NCBI RefSeq assembly: GCF_040938485.1
Contig: NW_027271020.1
Coordinates: 2,852,001-2,916,000 of the forward strand
Length of the DNA stretch: 64,000 nt
Source of the DNA: Diadema antillarum
Taxonomy: Eukaryota
Direction of reading: 5' to 3'
The position numbers were made by a program, and so were the translations under genes. The notes beneath the pieces were generated by a model. That model did no database searches. It had not been told where the DNA came from and was given only the letters and a program-made list of their open reading frames with translations. Positions 61,211 to 64,000 of the stretch are shown here, one piece after another (position 1 is the first letter of the stretch; every line of letters starts with the position of its first letter).

Positions 61211-62422
61211 CTAGAGTTCCTGCGTTGTCTCAATAGATTGTGTATCGTTCGGAATGCTGAAGTTGTTGTTAGATTGCTTATCATCTTCTTGATTCCGAAG
61301 CCGTCTTTTCTCCGTCCACCATTGCCCTGCTGTCAAGCCAACGAGACTGCCGACGATTATGAATGCTCCAGATATAGTAAAACCATTCGGGACCGTACCG
61401 AATATGAGAAAGTCGAGTATGAAGGTGAAGAAGACATCGGTTGTCCTGATCAAGGAAACGGTAGTAGCCGTCTCATACCTCATGGAGATGACGAAGGTAA
61501 CTTGGGATGCGAAGGAGAATAGGGAATTGCAGATTAGAAAGATTCGGCTCCTCCCACAAGGCGGAATTACCCAGTCTCCCAGCCCTGTGGTCATGGATCC
61601 ACTGACCGTTATCCCTACGATGCAGAGGGTGACCAACTGGACCAGTGGGTGAACTCGGTAAGCCGCTATCTTCCGAAGAGAAATGTAGATCGTCCCTATG
61701 AGGACAGCGCTGATGAGACAGAAGGTCGGTCCGAGAAAGGAGGACGATGACTCTTCGCCGCCGAAGAGGAATGGTGGTTGGATGACTAGGAACACTCCGC
61801 CAATCGTCGTCAGGGAGAAGATCACGTCAAAGACGGTGCACGCGTCGCTGAGGAGGACACAGCTGAACAACCCCGTGAAGATTGGCGCACTGTAGAGAAT
61901 GGCCTTGGCGCTGGCTACTGGCATAACCTGATACGCGAAGAACACCAGGCAAGTCACCGTGGATCCTATGACAGACCTTAAAACAATTAGAACCCACGCC
62001 TCCCTCGGGTACTGGAATGATGCTTTCTGCAAAGTAAGTAGCGGTATGGAGAACAACAACTGCATGTACATTTGATTGAACACTATCTGATTCGAGCTGA
62101 CTGACTCTCCTACAAGAACAACCAACATACTACAGATCGACAACATCATTGTTGAAAACAGAGCGTAAATCTTGCCTTTCAGCCGACTCGGACAGCAAAA
62201 AGTCCCTAGATATTTGGTCCTATTGTTTGATGTCAGAGAACTGCTCTCTGACGGAGCTGTCTCTTCTTTCAAATTCAAAAATTCTCTGTCCTTGCAGCTC
62301 TCTTCTGGGTGGGTCGTCATAATATTAGTCACTGGGTCATTATGGTCGTCGCTGGTGGTGTCATAACCCTTGTTGACGAAAGCATTACTATTATAGCTAC
62401 TGCCTTCATCAATGCCTTTCAT
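61211..62422 (-). CDS. SLC35G1: SLC35G1-like EamA/DMT transporter, paralog 4 (403 aa, most divergent)
   Basis: Uninterrupted ORF with YQVMPVASAKAILYSAPIFT, IQPPFLFGG, DWVIPPCGRSRIFL and SLIRTTDVFF. Confidence 0.92.
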   Translation of the reverse strand: MKGIDEGSSYNSNAFVNKGYDTTSDDHNDPVTNIMTTHPEESCKDREFLNLKEETAPSESSSLTSNNRTKYLGTFCCPSRLKGKIYALFSTMMLSICSMLVVLVGESVSSNQIVFNQMYMQLLFSIPLLTLQKASFQYPREAWVLIVLRSVIGSTVTCLVFFAYQVMPVASAKAILYSAPIFTGLFSCVLLSDACTVFDVIFSLTTIGGVFLVIQPPFLFGGEESSSSFLGPTFCLISAVLIGTIYISLRKIAAYRVHPLVQLVTLCIVGITVSGSMTTGLGDWVIPPCGRSRIFLICNSLFSFASQVTFVISMRYETATTVSLIRTTDVFFTFILDFLIFGTVPNGFTISGAFIIVGSLVGLTAGQWWTEKRRLRNQEDDKQSNNNFSIPNDTQSIETTQEL

Positions 62423-62756
62423 TGTGTGTGAATCGGAAAGGCGTGTATTGCCGGAGTCCTCAAGTGTTTGCGAAGATGTCGATCGTGAAAATTCCGCAAT
62501 CTCGACTACTTTCTTGATAAAATCTGCTTTCCGGGACTGGATTCATGATTTCGGAATCTGCATAAGCTGTCCAGCTATGGATGACAGAGCAAACATAAGC
62601 AAAGTAATAAAATAAAACATAAATTCTACCTAAGGGAGTATGAGTCACATAATGAATATAAAGGAAAGTGTAGGTGATTGCGATTAGGAGATGGTATTGG
62701 TTCTCACTTTCATACTGAAAGTTGATTTACCGGCACTGAAGGATGTACTATGTTCT

Positions 62757-62798
<42 letters not shown>

Positions 62799-64000
62799 AA
62801 ATACAAAACCCATGTTCTAATTGGATTTCAGACTATGCCTTCCCCGACATGGTGAAATTGCGGCGCTTAAGAGAATGTATGTACCTTAGCAAATTTTCTG
62901 TCATTCACCTTGATGTGTGAAGATATTCTCAACAGGACACTAAGCAACAAGGGCTGTATCAACGGTGTTTCCGTAACAACGGAGGTTACCGTTTGTAATT
63001 GTGTGTCTTATGTCCTATTGGAGAAAGAGTTCGTTTCAACGAAAGTGCAGTACAAAACGATAAAACGTTAACATTCAAACACAAGATATTTTTTTTTCTT
63101 TCCATTTTAGGCAATTGTCTAAACAGAAATAGCGTTTAATCGGCTATCAACCCAGTAGGTTATTACAATCATTATCATTATTGTTACGAATGAGTGAACA
63201 CAGCTGTTTTTGTCTTCCAAAGCAGAAAAACAAAAATTGCAGAAATTAACATTTTTTTTTATTCATTTGCAAATGCCCTTCACGATAGCATTGATAAGAA
63301 AGACTTGTTTAACATAATTAGAGACATGAGCGAAAAGTAAAAATGAGTTTTTGTTCCCTTGTATATCCTGATATTCTCATACAAAAACAAAGTAGGAAAC
63401 TAAAGGGGAAAATGAGAGGTTTTCTTTTTGTAAACTGACACTCAATTGAGATATAGGGAGTAAGCCGCAAAGGTGATAAAATGGAAAGAATTTCTGTATT
63501 TCATTTCTTTTAATTTCATAGGAATTTTAGAATTCATGAGAACCAAATACAATATTCAAGTTTCTTAACTTGAAATAATATTCCAAGTTTCTACAATCTG
63601 TTTTTTTTTTATATTGCTTCTTCTTTGATGTCTTTTGATATTTGTTTATTGCCTTTATTTATCTTTGGGGGCTACAGAGACATTATAGAGATCAGAGGGT
63701 GATTTTTTTGCAAATTGATTTATTTTTCTTATTGTGTTAAATTTGTCTTTTGTTCAGAAAATATGTACGAATGAGAAATTGTCCATTTTTGCAATTTTTA
63801 CTTTTGTGCCTTGGACCAGAAAAACGCTGGTGTGCACTCATCCATAAATTTTCCATTTTAATGATCTACCAGGTTAATAGCCAATAAAATTACCTTTAAA
63901 ATGATGTATAAAACATTAATATCTAGCCAGATTTCTATGAGAAACATGAGCTTGAAAAAGTGTTTGTTTTCTTTCTTTTGCTGAGTGTACGTACGTATAT

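Overview
Eukaryotic, AT-rich genomic DNA, most likely an invertebrate deuterostome such as a sea urchin (inferred from the repeat and SINE content and the GC3-rich genes; not proven). Five protein-coding genes are supported. A 4-exon CD225/dispanin (PRRT1-like) gene lies on +: exons 2-4 are at 23402-25884, and a probable 7-nt start exon at 7918-7924 sits behind a CpG/CRE-rich promoter. Converging on it is a tandem array of four SLC35G1-like EamA/DMT transporter paralogs on - (31.4-32.8, 35.9-37.2, 46.7-48.1 and 61.2-62.4 kb), each with an uninterrupted transmembrane-domain ORF. The rest is a dense mobile-element landscape. It includes a 7.2-kb CACTG-ended CMC/EnSpm-type transposon with decayed remnants of two genes, inserted into the tRNA head of a probable Deu-domain SINE inside dispanin intron 1. 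There are also several TTAA-flanked Kolobok-like MITEs, Harbinger-like MITEs, an L2/Crack-type LINE 3' fragment, a second tRNA-derived SINE, and a 1.7-kb foldback element whose arms are strict 29-bp-period repeat/spacer arrays. An assembly gap (178 N) lies at 56037-56214. The most notable items are the transporter array (apparent charge swap in the cavity, a conserved Phi-x-N-x-x-Y tail motif, an 88-bp conversion tract), the periodic foldback element, and the two-gene CACTA relic. Family assignments rest on motif recognition and recalled reference sequences; no database searches were run.
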